Source: Sphyrna mokarran (Eukaryota). Taken from it: 64,000 nucleotides of DNA. This document shows, in pieces, positions 12,851 to 25,884 of this stretch. Each line of letters starts with the position of its first letter. The stretch's first letter is position 1. The translations under genes and the position numbers were made by a program. Where the stretch lies: the NCBI GenBank assembly GCA_024679065.1, contig JAGIQG010000006.1:47802001-47866000 (forward strand), read 5' to 3'. The notes beneath the pieces were generated by a model. That model was not told the DNA's origin and did no database searches. It saw nothing but the letters and a program-made list of their open reading frames with translations.

Positions 12851-15800
12851 GGACTGGATTTTACATCCAGTGAATGGGTGCCATAGGCAGAAGCAGATTC
12901 TGCTTTGGCACGATCCTTTCGTCCCACAGGAATTTAACATTCATTGCGGCAGTTATTGCTTCATGATAAGACTTCCACATGGATCTGGGTGGGGGAGGGA
13001 AGGGTCTTTCCTTCTTCCGAGAGCTAATTTTTAATTTGTGTATTGTTTTCCTCAATTTCTCTCTCATTTTCTTGCATTTCTCTAGACCTCCCTTGTCCTC
13101 AGCTGTTCACACACCTTTTTTTAACATCTTAATGTTTATGGTCATTAGGCGATTTAGATAATCTATTACATGTGCTTTTTCTAATTGCATTAATATGTCT
13201 GTATGCTTTCAATTTTTCAGCTCTTGCGAGGGATCAGCACTCAAAATTTGAAACTGTACGTTCACTCCAGAAAAATAAGAAAAGCTGGGAGTGAGTCAGC
13301 CTTGGACCATTCGTATCTGTTTTATAGCATTTGGCTAAATAAAGGAAATGAAAAATGCTTGGGACATATTGCACGATCTGTCTTTGATTTGTGAAATTAA
13401 TCATAGAAAACAAGAATATAAATAGTTTAAAATTTTGATCCAATGAAAGATGTTTATGGATGGAAGTAATTCATTTCCTCATTATTAGAACTCTGAAAAA
13501 GTGAAATATTTTTGGGAAAGCTTAGCCTATTTGGATCACATTTCAGTTACCAGGTCAAGATCCATGGATATAAGTAGCATCGATCTAAAAGATTTTTGTG
13601 TATTTGAACAGTAAATAATAATTTATCAATATTCAGCTGATCATGATTTTTCATTATTGCTTAATAAGGAGACAATATTCAACATGTTCTTTTTTTCTCC
13701 TAGTCTTTTCCATCACATTCTCCTCCATATACTCTTCCCTTTCAAAAAGAATGCTTAAGCCCCATAGTGTTTCCTGTGAAATAGCTCATCATGTTCTCTG
13801 GCTAAAAGCACAGTTGGCAAATGAGCTGAACTTCATGACAGGCCACACTGAACTCAGTTATCTTTGCCAAGATTGCCTAGAATAATAAAAACACCAACCA
13901 ATGCAATGAAGAGAGCATCATGTTTGCACTTGGTGCAAACAGTTCCTTCCATTAGATAAATACTGAATGTTGACACTAGGCCAGAAACAAAATAACAAGT
14001 AGTTTAAAAAAAGCCCAGGAGTTTCTTAATAGGAATTCTATTATTAATGAGTTTGGAGTTAAAGAAATCAACTGTGGTTTTCCCCCATCTTCCCAAAGTA
14101 TGCTCACAACAAGGATAAGCAGTGCCCCCTAGTGTTATCATCTGTAGACAATTAAGCATGAAGCTAAAATAGATTGGTGTTTCTCATAACAGGAAAACAG
14201 GAAAAAATCCTGACACATCTAAGATGTTTTTAGTGTTCCAAGCAGCTCAACAATTTCACCTCAGAGTAACAGGCCACGCATGATAGCGGATGTCAGAGAG
14301 TGCAGTGAAAATCATTCACTGTAAAGCCATCTAATAAGAGCTGTTGAATGCATAACTAGGAACTGGTGTGAATGCATAAATTAGTGCAAAAACCTAGCAT
14401 CAACCAATTCAAATGCGTAATTAAAATAACAGTGGGCCAGTGGTTCAACTCACAGCCAAACAATTTTTGGGGCTTAAATCAGCATTAGACACCTAAATTT
14501 TGTTTTGTGATTAAACTGCCCAGGCAGGGTGCAGATGCCAAATTGGCTCAGCAGACTCTTCACAGTCCTGAAGCAAATAGATGTAGAAATAGAGATATCA
14601 GCATTTCTGCTGGATGTACTACTGGTATGTTTGAGGCCTCAACCCATGACACCCACTCCTCACCCACTAAGTGTCAGCTGACAATTTCTCGGCCATCATA
14701 TGGCGAGCAGCTGAATTGGGGAGGGAGGAACTTTTGACACAGAGCGTTTTGTAGCACATAAATTTTAAATGAGACGAAGTTAAAGTTGGCTCAGGCCTGA
14801 GCTAAGCACGGCCAATGTCTGGACCAACTACTGTACTGGCTTTGTGCCTATTTTGGTCACGAGTTGAATTTTCATCCCAGTTACAGAAACTTCAGATAAA
14901 TTTGTTGCGACGATACTAGTGGTTTTTGATTTGATAATTATAATGTTAGCAAATAAATGTTTCCAATGCAAAATAGTTATATATTTCAACTGGATGCAAT
15001 GACTAAAAAAAGCTATGTAACCTTCTTAAAGCACAAGTAACAGGCAAAACACACAAGTCAATGGAGCTAGATCCATGCAAAATCATTTTATTTGAACATG
15101 ATGTCATTCTGGTTTTATATGTTCTTCTGGACTTGTCATTTAAATTGCAAGTAAAGTGGATAATTACGTATGATGAATGGCTGCCAAGCCACTGAAACTT
15201 GATTCAGAAGAGAAATCCTTTGATAGAAATATGAGGAGGGTAATCTTCATTTTTACATCTTTAGCTAAAAACTCTTTGCAGACTTTATCCTCAATAGTTT
15301 TTAATTGCAAATTAATAATGTTGAATCTTTCCTACTCAACGACTGAAAGTGGCTGCCACATAATTTTCATCAGTAATAGCTGATATGCTAGGTTAAATAG
15401 TTCCATCAATTCCTTTCGTAATTTTAAAAACAATTATGCGGCAAGTTTAATCACATGTACTACAAAATGCAGTGTAATGATTAAGAAAATAAAAAATTAG
15501 CTTTTAGTTTATATTTATTTAATGTTGACATTAATGTTGGCTGTGCTGAACTGACCAGCTTTGGTTTCAAGGTAACAAACTGGTAAATCATAAGGTGAAT
15601 AAATATTAAACAGATTATGACAAAGCTTTGATTGTAACTCCCTTTAAATCATTTAAAGAAACTCGATGATTGGCTCCCTGCTCAAGCAACCAACTACCTT
15701 CTCTACAGCTGTTTAATCCCAGCATAATGTAAAGCAGCTTTTTCTGCTAATAATCCCACAAGCATCTTTTGCAATACTTTCCTGTTCCAGACCACACAGG

Positions 15801-16214
15801 AGTTGCCTAAATACAAGCAGTTATGAGAAATCTCAAACCAACTTCACAATGGTGTAAACAGCTTTTCTACTCAGGCAAAGTAATCTAACAGTGAAGTCAA
15901 CATAGCCTGCACGTGTTATCATATTGATTATTTGTAGTACACTGAGGCAACATCACTTCTTTCTGCTGATTCCAACCATGTTGATTATAATCTGAAATTT
16001 CTGAAGCAATAAATATTTCGTTATATAACATACCAGACACATCAGGCACTATTTTTATTCAATGGAATGTCATGTGCACAGATTCAATTTGCTTCATGTT
16101 CAAAATGAATAAATCCAAAGATTACTGCCACCCTTCAGTTTATTATATTTTAATCTGTAAAAACAACTCAGTCATTTTGTGATAACCATTTCTGAAGGAT
16201 TCACTTTTTCAAAG

Positions 16215-16440
16215 CAGGTGGCAGGGATTGGGGTTCGATTCCCGGCTTGGGTCGTTGTCTGTGTGGAGTTGCATGTTGACACCATGTCTGCATGGGTTTC
16301 TTCCCACAATCTGAAAGACGTGCCAGGTAGGTGTATTGACCCAAACAGGCGCCAGAGTGTGGCAACTAGGAGAATTTCACAGTAACTTCATTGCAGTGTT
16401 AATGAAGCTTTATTTGTGACTAATAAACTTTAACTTTTAA
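16215..16440 (+). mobile_element. V-SINE variant
   Basis: B-box ggttcgattccc, V core tgtctgtgtggagttgcatg..gtctgcatgggtttcttcccaca, tail cacagtaacttcattgcagtgttaatg. Confidence 0.85.
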
Positions 16441-17589
16441 ACTTTGATTAGAACCCATGTAAGTGTGGAAAAGTGTTGAAGAGCCTGCTTAACCAATCAG
16501 ATTGGAGAATGAAAAACTGTTAACCCTTCAATCACCTAAGATGTTGAACACATCTACCAGGAGATTAACTGATTTTGCCAATGGGTTTTCTCCTTAACAT
16601 TTAGTACAGGGCAACATCATTTATCATTCATAATTCCCAGTTTATCATGCTACAAACTTGCACTGATGCACACACATATATGTGTGTGTATATATATAAA
16701 AGCCTGCTTTTATTTTCCTTACATCCAATTTCAATAGAAAAACAGCTTCAAAACCTTTTCATTGATCTCATCAGTTCTGATTACGCCTGTTGCGCATGAC
16801 ACTAATTACCCATTATTGCCATTCACAGGAGCATCTGAATTCCAACTGAACTAACTTGCAGTTTTTGCAAGTGCTATACATACAAACAATATGAGCATTA
16901 ACATAAAAGATGCTTCAATAGTGCCCTGTTATGTGTCACTGTATTTAAACCATTTTGATTATTTCACTTCTGCTTGTTAAATGGATGTTGACTTAAAGTG
17001 GGTCTTTAAAAAGCCTAATCTTTAAGGATGTTGAGGCATCTTTATTATTTATCAAACGATATAGCACAAAACAGAGCTATTTGGCTATTGTGCCTTTGCT
17101 GCTTAGAATCAGAAGGATTCTAATATAGAGGATAATGTGGTCTCTGGGTTTACCAATGCACGCCCCTCCCTCACCAGTGCCCCAGTTAAAAAGTCAATGG
17201 GATGGCCACAATCCCAACATCTGCTCCATAGTAATATTTTGTCCATTTATGGACGGTGGGCATCGCTGATTAGGTCAACATTTATTGCCCATCTCTAAAG
17301 GAGGTCACCTCTCAATTGTGTGACACTAGCCCCATGCAGCAAAAGTTGCCATGTTTCCCAAATGGTTCTGGGCTTACCCCACCCATGGGTATAATACTGG
17401 TGGAGGCACAGTAAGGCCTTTAAATGAAAGAGGCCAAAATTCAGAAGACCAACCCCTATCCCAGCTCCCATTATTTTCACTAATGGCAGGAAACAAGGTT
17501 AGATTTAATTTGCATAAAGACAGCTTCACATGTTAAAGTGCAGCTGCCTTCAGTTAGGTCTAATTTTGGCTAGTACTCCTGTCCAAAAA

Positions 17590-17980
17590 ACACACTCCTG
17601 ACTTGTGCCTTATCGATGGTGGACAGGCTTTGAGGAATCAAGAGGTAAGTTACTCACTGCAGTATTCATAGTTTCTGACCTGCTCTTGTAGCCACTGTGT
17701 TTATGCGAAGAGTCCAGTTGAATTTCTGGTTAGTAGTAACCCTGAGCATGTTGACAGTGGGAGATTCAGTGATGTTAACCATTGAAAGTCAAGGACCAGT
17801 TATTAAAGTGTCTCTTATTAGTGATGTCATTGCCTGGCATTTTGTGTGGTGCAAATGTTACTTGCCACTTGTCAGCCCAAACCTGAATATTTCCAGATCA
17901 TGTTGCATTTGAACATGGACTGCTTAATGATCTGAGGAGCTGCAAATCATTGGCAAACATCCACACTTCTACTCTTACGA
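17590..17980 (-). mobile_element. CR1/L2-clade LINE RT C-terminal remnant
   Basis: Minus strand reads ITESPTVNMLRVTTNQKFNWTLRINTVATRAGQKL; related to 20080-20270. Confidence 0.7.
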
Positions 17981-17984
17981 CAGA

Positions 17985-18830
17985 TTAACTTCTGAATATT
18001 ATCCATCAAAGAATTCTGTGAAGTTAGTCAAATACTACTTCCTTTAAACAAATTTGTTTTCTTTCATTTATTAGTCCATACTTTTCCAATTTGCAATTAA
18101 TTTTGTCCCAGACTATTGTCTATAAAAGTTTCCTCACGATTGACTGACTGGCTTGCAGTCTTCAGGTTTATCGTCCACTTTTATTTTTTTTAAGCAAGCG
18201 TGTAACATTGGCAATCCTTCAATGCTTTCTGACAACACTCCAATATCCAATGAGGTTTGGAAAATTGTGACCATAGCCTCCAAATTTTTCACCATTACTT
18301 CCCTCAGCAACCTAGAATGCAAACAATATATATTCCTTCACTGTGGCTGGGTCAAAGTATTGGAATTCCCTCCCTACACTACAGGGATAGTAATGGTTCA
18401 AGAAGAAACTCACTACCACTTTCTGAAGGGCACCTAGGAATGGGCAACAAATACTAGCCTAGGTGGCAATGTCCATATCCTGTAAAAATTAATTTTAAAA
18501 AGTTGAATCATCTTGTTTGAGAACTGCCAATGTTTTAAATGCATCCTGCTTATTTTTTATCCTATTCAATATTGCTAACGCCTCACCCTTTACTGGTACA
18601 TTTGCAATGTCCAATACTCAGTGAAAACAGAAACAAGACACAAATTTAATTTCTCAATCATATCCTTGGCCTCCACACAAAAGAAAAATTTGGATCCAAT
18701 TGGTCTCACCCTTTCTTTGACTACTTTAATGCTAGTTATATGTTTATGAATGACTTTAAGGTCGCTTTTAATGTTAGTCATAAATCTGTTCAATAATCTC
18801 TTTTCCCCTCTTACTCATTTGAAAGAGTTC
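17985..18830 (-). mobile_element. CR1 LINE remnant with a short opposite-strand LINE tail at about 18330-18485
   Basis: HSRLLREVMVKNLEAMVTIFQTSLDIG, KPEDCKPVS, MIEKLNLCLVSVFTE. Confidence 0.8.
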
Positions 18831-18849
18831 TGCATTTTCAGAATTTGTT

Positions 18850-19025
18850 TTGTTAATGTTTCAGGTGTGGATGATCTGAATTAATGTTTCGAGAGTGGAC
18901 CTTTCTCAGAATTACACAGAAATGTTAATTCATCTATTTCCTCCAAGGATCTGCTTGACCTGATCAGTGTTTCGCCATTCTTTGTTTCAAATTTGCAGCA
19001 TCCACGGGATTCAGTTTCTGTTTAC
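18850..19025 (+). mobile_element. Penelope-like terminal fragment with short inverted 5' piece
   Basis: gttaatgtttc...gacctttctcagaa followed by gaaatgttaa...tgacctgatcagtgtttc..tttgtttcaaatttgcagcatcc. Confidence 0.5.
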
Positions 19026-19339
19026 ACCAACAATATATTTTCTAAAATTACATTCCCTCTTGCCCTTACTGGAAACATGCAACACTGAAGAATCTGAGTT
19101 TGTTGCTTTCTTTCAGGATTGATAGAGGTGTCACTTTTCACAGTCACTTATGTCAAAACATTATAGCAAAAGAACCATCTTTTGGTGGCACCTGAATTTA
19201 CTGAGGAAGGATTTCAGTGTAGGGAACATGCAAGTTGAATTGAGGAGGTAGCTTGAATTAGTGCTCGGTTCTGTCACTGAGCTACTTGGAACAGAATGTA
19301 ACAGCAGTCTCATCTTTCTGTAAGAGTATTATGTCATGA

Positions 19340-20270
19340 GAATGTCATTGGCAAGTCCAGCATTTATTGTGTGTTCCTAATTGCCCTTGAGATGTTGGTG
19401 GTGAACTGCTTCTTGAACTGCTGCAGTCCATTACAATGTATATATGCCACAGTGCTGTTAGGGAGGAAATTCCAGAATATTTAACCCAGTGACAGTAAAG
19501 AAACAGCAATATTTTTGCAAGTTAGGAGGTTGTTTGACTTGGAGGGAAACATTCAGATAGTGGTACTCCACTGGATTGCCTGTATTATTCTTCTGGATGG
19601 TTTTGGTCACAGATTTTGAAAGTGTTGTTGAAAGAGTCTTGATGAGATGCTGCAGTGTATCTCTCAGATGGTTCACAATACAACTGCAGTATATCTATGG
19701 TGGAAGAAGTGAACGTTTAAGGAGGTTGCTAGGCAATGGATCAAGCTGGCTAGTTTTTTTGGAGATGATGTTGAACATTTTGAGTACTTTTGAAGCTGGA
19801 GAGATGGTAGTGAAAATGTCATTGAGTTAGTAATCCACAGGTCCAGGCAAATGCTCTGCGGACATGGTTCAAATTCCAATACAGGGGCTGGTGGAATTTA
19901 AATTAAAAGTCAATTGATTAATCTGAAATATAAAGCAGTCTCAGTAACAGTGACCATGAAACTATCATTAATTGCTGTAAAATCCATCTGGTTCACTAAT
20001 GTCCTTTAGGGAAGGAAATCTGCCAACCCAGTCTGGTTTGTATGTGGCATCTGACTCCTCGTGGCTTCAGGGAATCAGCAGGTGAGACACTCAGCATAGA
20101 ATTACTAAGTTCTATTCATTCTTGCAGTCACAGTACTTATTTGGCTGGTCCAGTTATGTTTCTGGTGTACGGAGATCCCCAGGATGTTTATGGAGGTAGA
20201 TTCAGCTTTGATAATGCCACTGAATGTCAAGTAGAGATGGTTAGGTTGTCTCTTGCTGTAGATGGCCTTC
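19340..20270 (-). mobile_element. CR1/L2-clade LINE 3' remnant
   Basis: Terminus ccagcatttattg..cctaattgcccttgagatgttggtggtgaactgc, a tail type shared with about 17250-17310 and 18400-18485. Confidence 0.7.
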
Positions 20271-21285
20271 CTACTTTTATATTCAAATCCCCTTACAATA
20301 AATGATAATATTCCATTAGCCTTCCGAATTACTTGCTATACTTGCATAATAATCCTTTGTGAATCATGCACTAGAACACCCAAATCCTTCTGCATCTCAG
20401 AATTCTTCATTCTCTTGCTATTTAAATAATACGCTCCTTGTAACCTCATGTATTGATCATGGCCAATCAACTTAACCTGCACATCTTTAGACAGTAAAGG
20501 GCAGTTTAGCATGGCTAATCTATCTTATGTCCACATCATTGGACTGTAGGAGGAAACCAGAACAGCAGAGAAAACCCATGTAGACACACGGAGAATATGC
20601 AAACTCCATACAGATATTCGCCCAAGGTCAGAGTAGAACTCTTGTCCCTGTGGCGCAGCAGTGCTAACCACTGTGCTGCCATACCACCAACTCCATTTTC
20701 CAGATTTTTGTCCACTCACTGAACCTATCTGTATCTCTTTGTAACCTCCATATTTCCTTTTCACAACGTACTTTCCAACCTATCTTTGCATCATCTGAAA
20801 ATTTAGTAACTGGACCTTCATTCCGTCCATCCAAATCATTTAAATAAGTTGTAAAAAGTTGAGTCCCTGTGGCACACGACTTATTTCATCTTGTCAACCA
20901 GAAAATAACCATTTTTGCCTATTCTGATTCCTGTTAGCCAGCCAATCTTTACCTATGCTAATATTTTACCCCTTACATTATGAACTTTTATTTTTATCAA
21001 TAACTTTTGGTATGGCACCTTATCAAATGCCTTCTGGAAATCTAAGTTCAGTACATTCACCTGTTTCCCATTATCCACAGCATATGTTGACTCTTCAATG
21101 AGCTTCAATAAGTTGGTTAAACATGATTTCCTATTCACAAAACCATGTTGCCTGATTACCTTGAAATTTTCTAGATGCCGTACTATAACATCTTTAATAA
21201 TAGCTTCTAACATTTTCCCTATGACAGATGTTAAGCTATTAAGCATCCACTCCTACATTTCATTCCTGAATAGCAAAGGATCATA
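20270..21285 (-). mobile_element. CR1 LINE RT remnant
   Basis: LTSVIGKMLEAIIKD...QHGFVNRKSCLTNLL...LDFQKAFDKVPYQKLL. Confidence 0.9.
20445..20690 (-). mobile_element. V-SINE (HE1-like) nested in CR1
   Basis: Reverse complement of ggcagcacagtggttagcactgctg and of the V core (ggactgtaggaggaaaccagaac..gaaaacccatgtagacac). Confidence 0.85.
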
Positions 21286-21967
21286 AATGATTTATATGCT
21301 GGCTTCTCCTAGTGCTGGTTTGTAACCACCTCCTTGGGCATAAAGGAAAATAGCCAAAACCAACTTTTAATCTTTTTTCTGTGCCACAATTCCTCACATT
21401 CTGCTCATTGCGATCCCCTAATAGTCCCAAACAAAACTTTAAATTGAAAGAAGAATTATAATTATGTGACGAATTGGTTTAATACCTTTGCCATTTAGAA
21501 AAAAGTAGTTGTTTGCTACTAAAAGTGTTTGGTGGAACCCTATGTATTCATATTATTTTAAACAATTCACATCCAAAATCATTTAAACTCAACACTTAGC
21601 ACGTCATTATTAACAACTTGCATTTATATAACACCTTTATCTTAACAAGAGATTCTCAAGATACTTCAACAGTTAGAAATCAGAATACTTATAAATAGTT
21701 AAAAAATCTTTACATTTTAATTTCAACTGGGTTTTTCCTTTTATGGAATCCTGTGCCATTTGAGAGCATAAATTTTCTAGCTTGTATAGTTTGACCCCAA
21801 AAATCTTATTTTACCATTAAAACTTACATATTTTTTTACAAATAGTGTTCTCCTTAGTGATTGGTGCACAGATACTCTAAATACATTTCCTTTTGGTTAG
21901 TTACAAAGAGTTGCAAAGATGGAAAAGATCTGCTTATGCTCCATCTGCATTGTTGTACCATTATTGT

Positions 21968-22272
21968 GGACAGCATGGTGGCACGGTGGTTAGCATTGCT
22001 GTGTCACAGTGCAGAGAGTTCAACTGCGACCTTGGGTGACTGTGTGGAGTTTGCATATTCTCCCTGTGTCAATGTGGGTTTCCTCTGGATGCTTTGATTT
22101 CCTCCCACACTCCAAAGGTAAGTAGGCAAGATTAATTGGCCATGCTAAATTGCTCTTAGTGTCAGAGGGATAGATAGCAGGGTAAATACATAGATAGCAG
22201 GGTGGAATTGTTGTCAGTCAGACTTAATAGGCCAAATGGCCTCCTTGTGCACTGTGGGATTCTAATGATTCC
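21968..22272 (+). mobile_element. V-SINE (HE1-like)
   Basis: ggacagcatggtggcacggtggttagcattgctg head, V core, tail ggccaaatggcctccttgtgcactgtgggattctaatgattc. Confidence 0.9.
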
Positions 22273-23029
22273 ATACCTTTATTGAAATTTTAACTAAATA
22301 CCTGGAGCAGAGGTGGTGTTGGTGGGGAGCAGGGATGTAGATTTGCTGCCATATCAGCATCTGAAAATCAGATCCCATACTCTGAAGACTTTCTAGAGCA
22401 ACTATGAATGAACTCAACAATAAATAGTGCAGAATTGTGTATTGCAAATTATAAAATGCAAATCAATGACAGAAACATTTCAGCAAATAAATATCAGTAA
22501 CCAATACACAAAGCAGTATACAAAATATCCACTAAACCTGAATGACATTGGAAAAAGTAACATTATCTTATTTTAAGAATGTGGCAATGTTAGTTACTGC
22601 TATACATTTCAATGTAAATGTTCTATTCTGGAAATGAGACAGCAAAGACTTTTTAATTAACCTCTACTCCACAGCAGAAGCTTTGCATTTAATTTAGGTA
22701 CAGGTGAGTTTGCAGCCCCTTTAAAGAAGCCTTTGCTTTAATTGTGTTAGTAAAGCAATCTTGTGCTTAAAAAAAATTGGATCTCTTTTTCATAGTTTAC
22801 CAGCACATTTCTAACCTATTTGGTTCCACCTCCCTCTAGACAGATTAAACAGTGATTCTATTTGTCTGTTACTGCTTGTTGCAAAGGTAATGGGGTTAAA
22901 GAATAAATGAGCCATCTATTTGGGTGCCCACACTCAAACTGCCAGCCTTGATGAAGGTTATTATTGCACATTACTTCACAAATTATTTCTAATAGACCTG
23001 CAATATTAAATTAAACTTTTGACAACTGA

Positions 23030-23318
23030 CACTCTGACCAGATTTGAGAGATCAAATCCAAAGAAATAAATTTCCAGGGATCTTCAGTCATAGTGGAACA
23101 TTTCTGGGAAACATCTGCTCCAGTTGGTGAAACCTGACTTGATTCAACTGATGAACCATATGCAGCTGCAACTGTTGAACCTGAACAGAAACAAGTGGAA
23201 CAGCAGAAGCTTCCATTTCCAAGCAAACCACATGAGATTCCTAAACCAATACTACCCACTGAAAGAAAGCAAATTTGCAAACCATCTGACTGATTTATTC
23301 CTAAGGGGGAAGAGATAT
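23030..23318 (+). mobile_element. Probable Ty3/Gypsy pol 3' end with polypurine tract
   Basis: Pro/Glu-rich decayed frame ending ...PTERKQICKPSD*, followed by purine tract aagggggaagaga, as at the integrase tail/PPT junction of Gypsy elements. Confidence 0.45.
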
Positions 23319-25020
23319 GGGGGCAATTTTTCCATCCCGTTGCACTGCTTGAACAGTGCAGCAAGCCCACAGATATTTGTGGAAGCTGTTTCGTAGGCTT
23401 CCCACTGGGTGCCCAGGCCTCTGCGCATCTCCAAGATGAAGATTTCCAGCATCTTCAGTTCGGAACCAGAAATTGGCAATATGTGACAATATGAAAATCT
23501 TCATTTCCATGTCATTAGTGGGCCTGGGGCTGAAGGTCTGGCCCACTAACATCTCCCCCTGCCAGAAATGGTTCACTCTTGGTAGAGTTTACAAATGCTT
23601 CCCACTAACGGAGAACAGGCAGCCCAACCCCACTGGAGGGAATTTATAGTATTAGCTCAAACAAAGTAGCAGACAGTAATGTATCTAAGTTTGCTGACAT
23701 TACAAAGCTGGGTAGGAATTCAAGTTGTGAGGAGGCCACAACAGAACTGCAAAGAAATATAGGACAGAATTTTGTTAAGTCATCAGTGGTCTCACTTGCA
23801 GGATGCTGAGCTGGTGACAGACTTATGCTGCCTATTTTCAGAAAGGTGCACTGAACTACAAGTCAATCAGGCAATGAGGAGACCAGTTGCAGGTCTTCCC
23901 ATGATATAAAGACCCTGGGGACAGAGGTCACTCCCATCAAGAGATGCCAGCCTCTTGTGCTCAGCAGTGCCATTGGGAAGCCAACAGTTGCTTCTGGAAT
24001 GATGGGTTTGGAGTTCCAGGATCCAGGAGCAACCAAGACCACAGGGAAATATGTGTGGGATGGTAGCTTTCACAGGGTGGGGGTCAAGAAGGAGAGGAGT
24101 GCAGGGAAGTCAGCAGAGGGGAACGGCTTTCAATAGTAATCACCCCAGTCCTGAAGCCTAGTCTCTCAAACAGCCAGAGTCAGCTCCACCAACTGTAGCG
24201 AGATGACAAGCTGGTCACAAGGTGTTAGCTGACATTCATGAATACAGGCCTGCCTGAAGCTGGGTTAGTAACTTCAGCGGTGGGATGAGGTCCCACAATG
24301 GTCATTAATTAGTTGCTTAACACCTCAATTGGTGCAGAGGTAATGCTAAATTGCTCCTTTGTGTCCAAAGATGTGTAGGTTAGATGGATTAGCCATGGGA
24401 AATGAGTCGGGTTGTGGGGATAAGGTGGAGGACAGGACCTGATAAGGACTCTGTCAATGCAGATTCAATGGACCAAATGTCTTTTTCTGCATTGCAAGGA
24501 TTCTATGACTTCTGTATATATTCACAACAAAGTCAGAGGTTATCAAAAATTCATGCAAAATTTTAAGTTACTAACCTTAGTAAGACCGTTCTTAAAAAAT
24601 ACACAAATCAATGCAAGAACTGATCAATCTGATTTAGTTCGACCAATCAAGAAAGGACTGTGCCCAGAACTCCATGAAAACTGATCCACATTTCAGTAAC
24701 CAAGTGAACATGCACAGTTGATCAATTGAATCAGCTAAGACTTTAACAGTTACAATTAGCAAATGCATAGTGATGAAACCTTCAAGGTGCTGATTTTTTC
24801 TGACAATAATAGGTTTGCAATAGAAAGATACTAAACACAAAGAAACCCCTTTAAAAAAACTACAAACATGCTGCCTCCACTTTAAAATGAAAACTGGACC
24901 TAGGTTTCACCTTCTTAATCCACAAATAAAATACATAAATTAAATTCAAAACTATATCTTATTTCTATCACCCATAACTTTCTTAGAGCTATCTCTGTTT
25001 TTAACCAGATACATAGGTTA

Positions 25021-25062
25021 CTATTCCAGAAAATCACAGGCCTATTCCAGAAAATCACAGGC
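25021..25062. repeat. Perfect 21-bp tandem duplication
   Basis: ctattccagaaaatcacaggc x2. Confidence 0.95.
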
Positions 25063-25884
25063 ATGCCCGCACTTCTACAGTAACAAGCAGCACTGGATAA
25101 TAAAGTAGTTTTAATATTGAGAAGTTTAACTTCAAATTAGTCACAGGCTTGGAAGTTACACATCTGCAACTTCCTAATAATATGTAATGATTCTGAACAG
25201 TTTAAGGACAGAGCCTGAATTGCTTTTGCAAATTTTCTAAAACATTTTATGCTGAAATTCCTAGGGTCTTCTTCTTTGCATTTATTGTCAGCTAAGTGAA
25301 ACGTTCAGTTGTCCTACACCCAAGTTGACAGATAAAATTTCAAATCTTAGGAATAGCTCCCAAACCCTACCACCTATTCACCTCTGACTCAAAAATGTTA
25401 ACAGTTTTTTCTGAGTTCTTGGCTTGCACATTTTGTTAAGGGTTTATTGTCTTCAGTAGCAGTAAAAGTGACTTAAGTGAAGTTTCAATTCTCATTAAAT
25501 CTGCAGGATTTAATTTAAAAGGATATAAATGGAGAAATTGCTCAGAAAAGCTCAAGAATGTTGGTTGCTTGAGGTGGGGCAAAGATAAGCAGAATTTGCA
25601 CGCACAGATCTCTGGACAGAAAATTAAAGGTTTGATGAAAATGGCATTGATTCGCAGGAAATGCACTCCACATCGAAGTATATTCTGGATCATTCCCTTA
25701 CAACCCCCAATTCTTGGAATTCTAGGTCTTTTGTATTAAGCTGTGGTAAATTGTATCACAAAACTGCTTGATCATGATGTTATGGATTTGATGGTTTCGT
25801 TCTTGGACAGGCTTTACAGTAAAACATGTGTATATATGTATTTATCCATGTTTGAGTTAGAATTGGAACAAAATATGGTTGAAA

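Noticed and set aside
25436-25693. ORF beginning MIQ, as the next FAM172A exon does
   Set aside because: Similarity ends after three residues, and there is no AG acceptor immediately before the ATG
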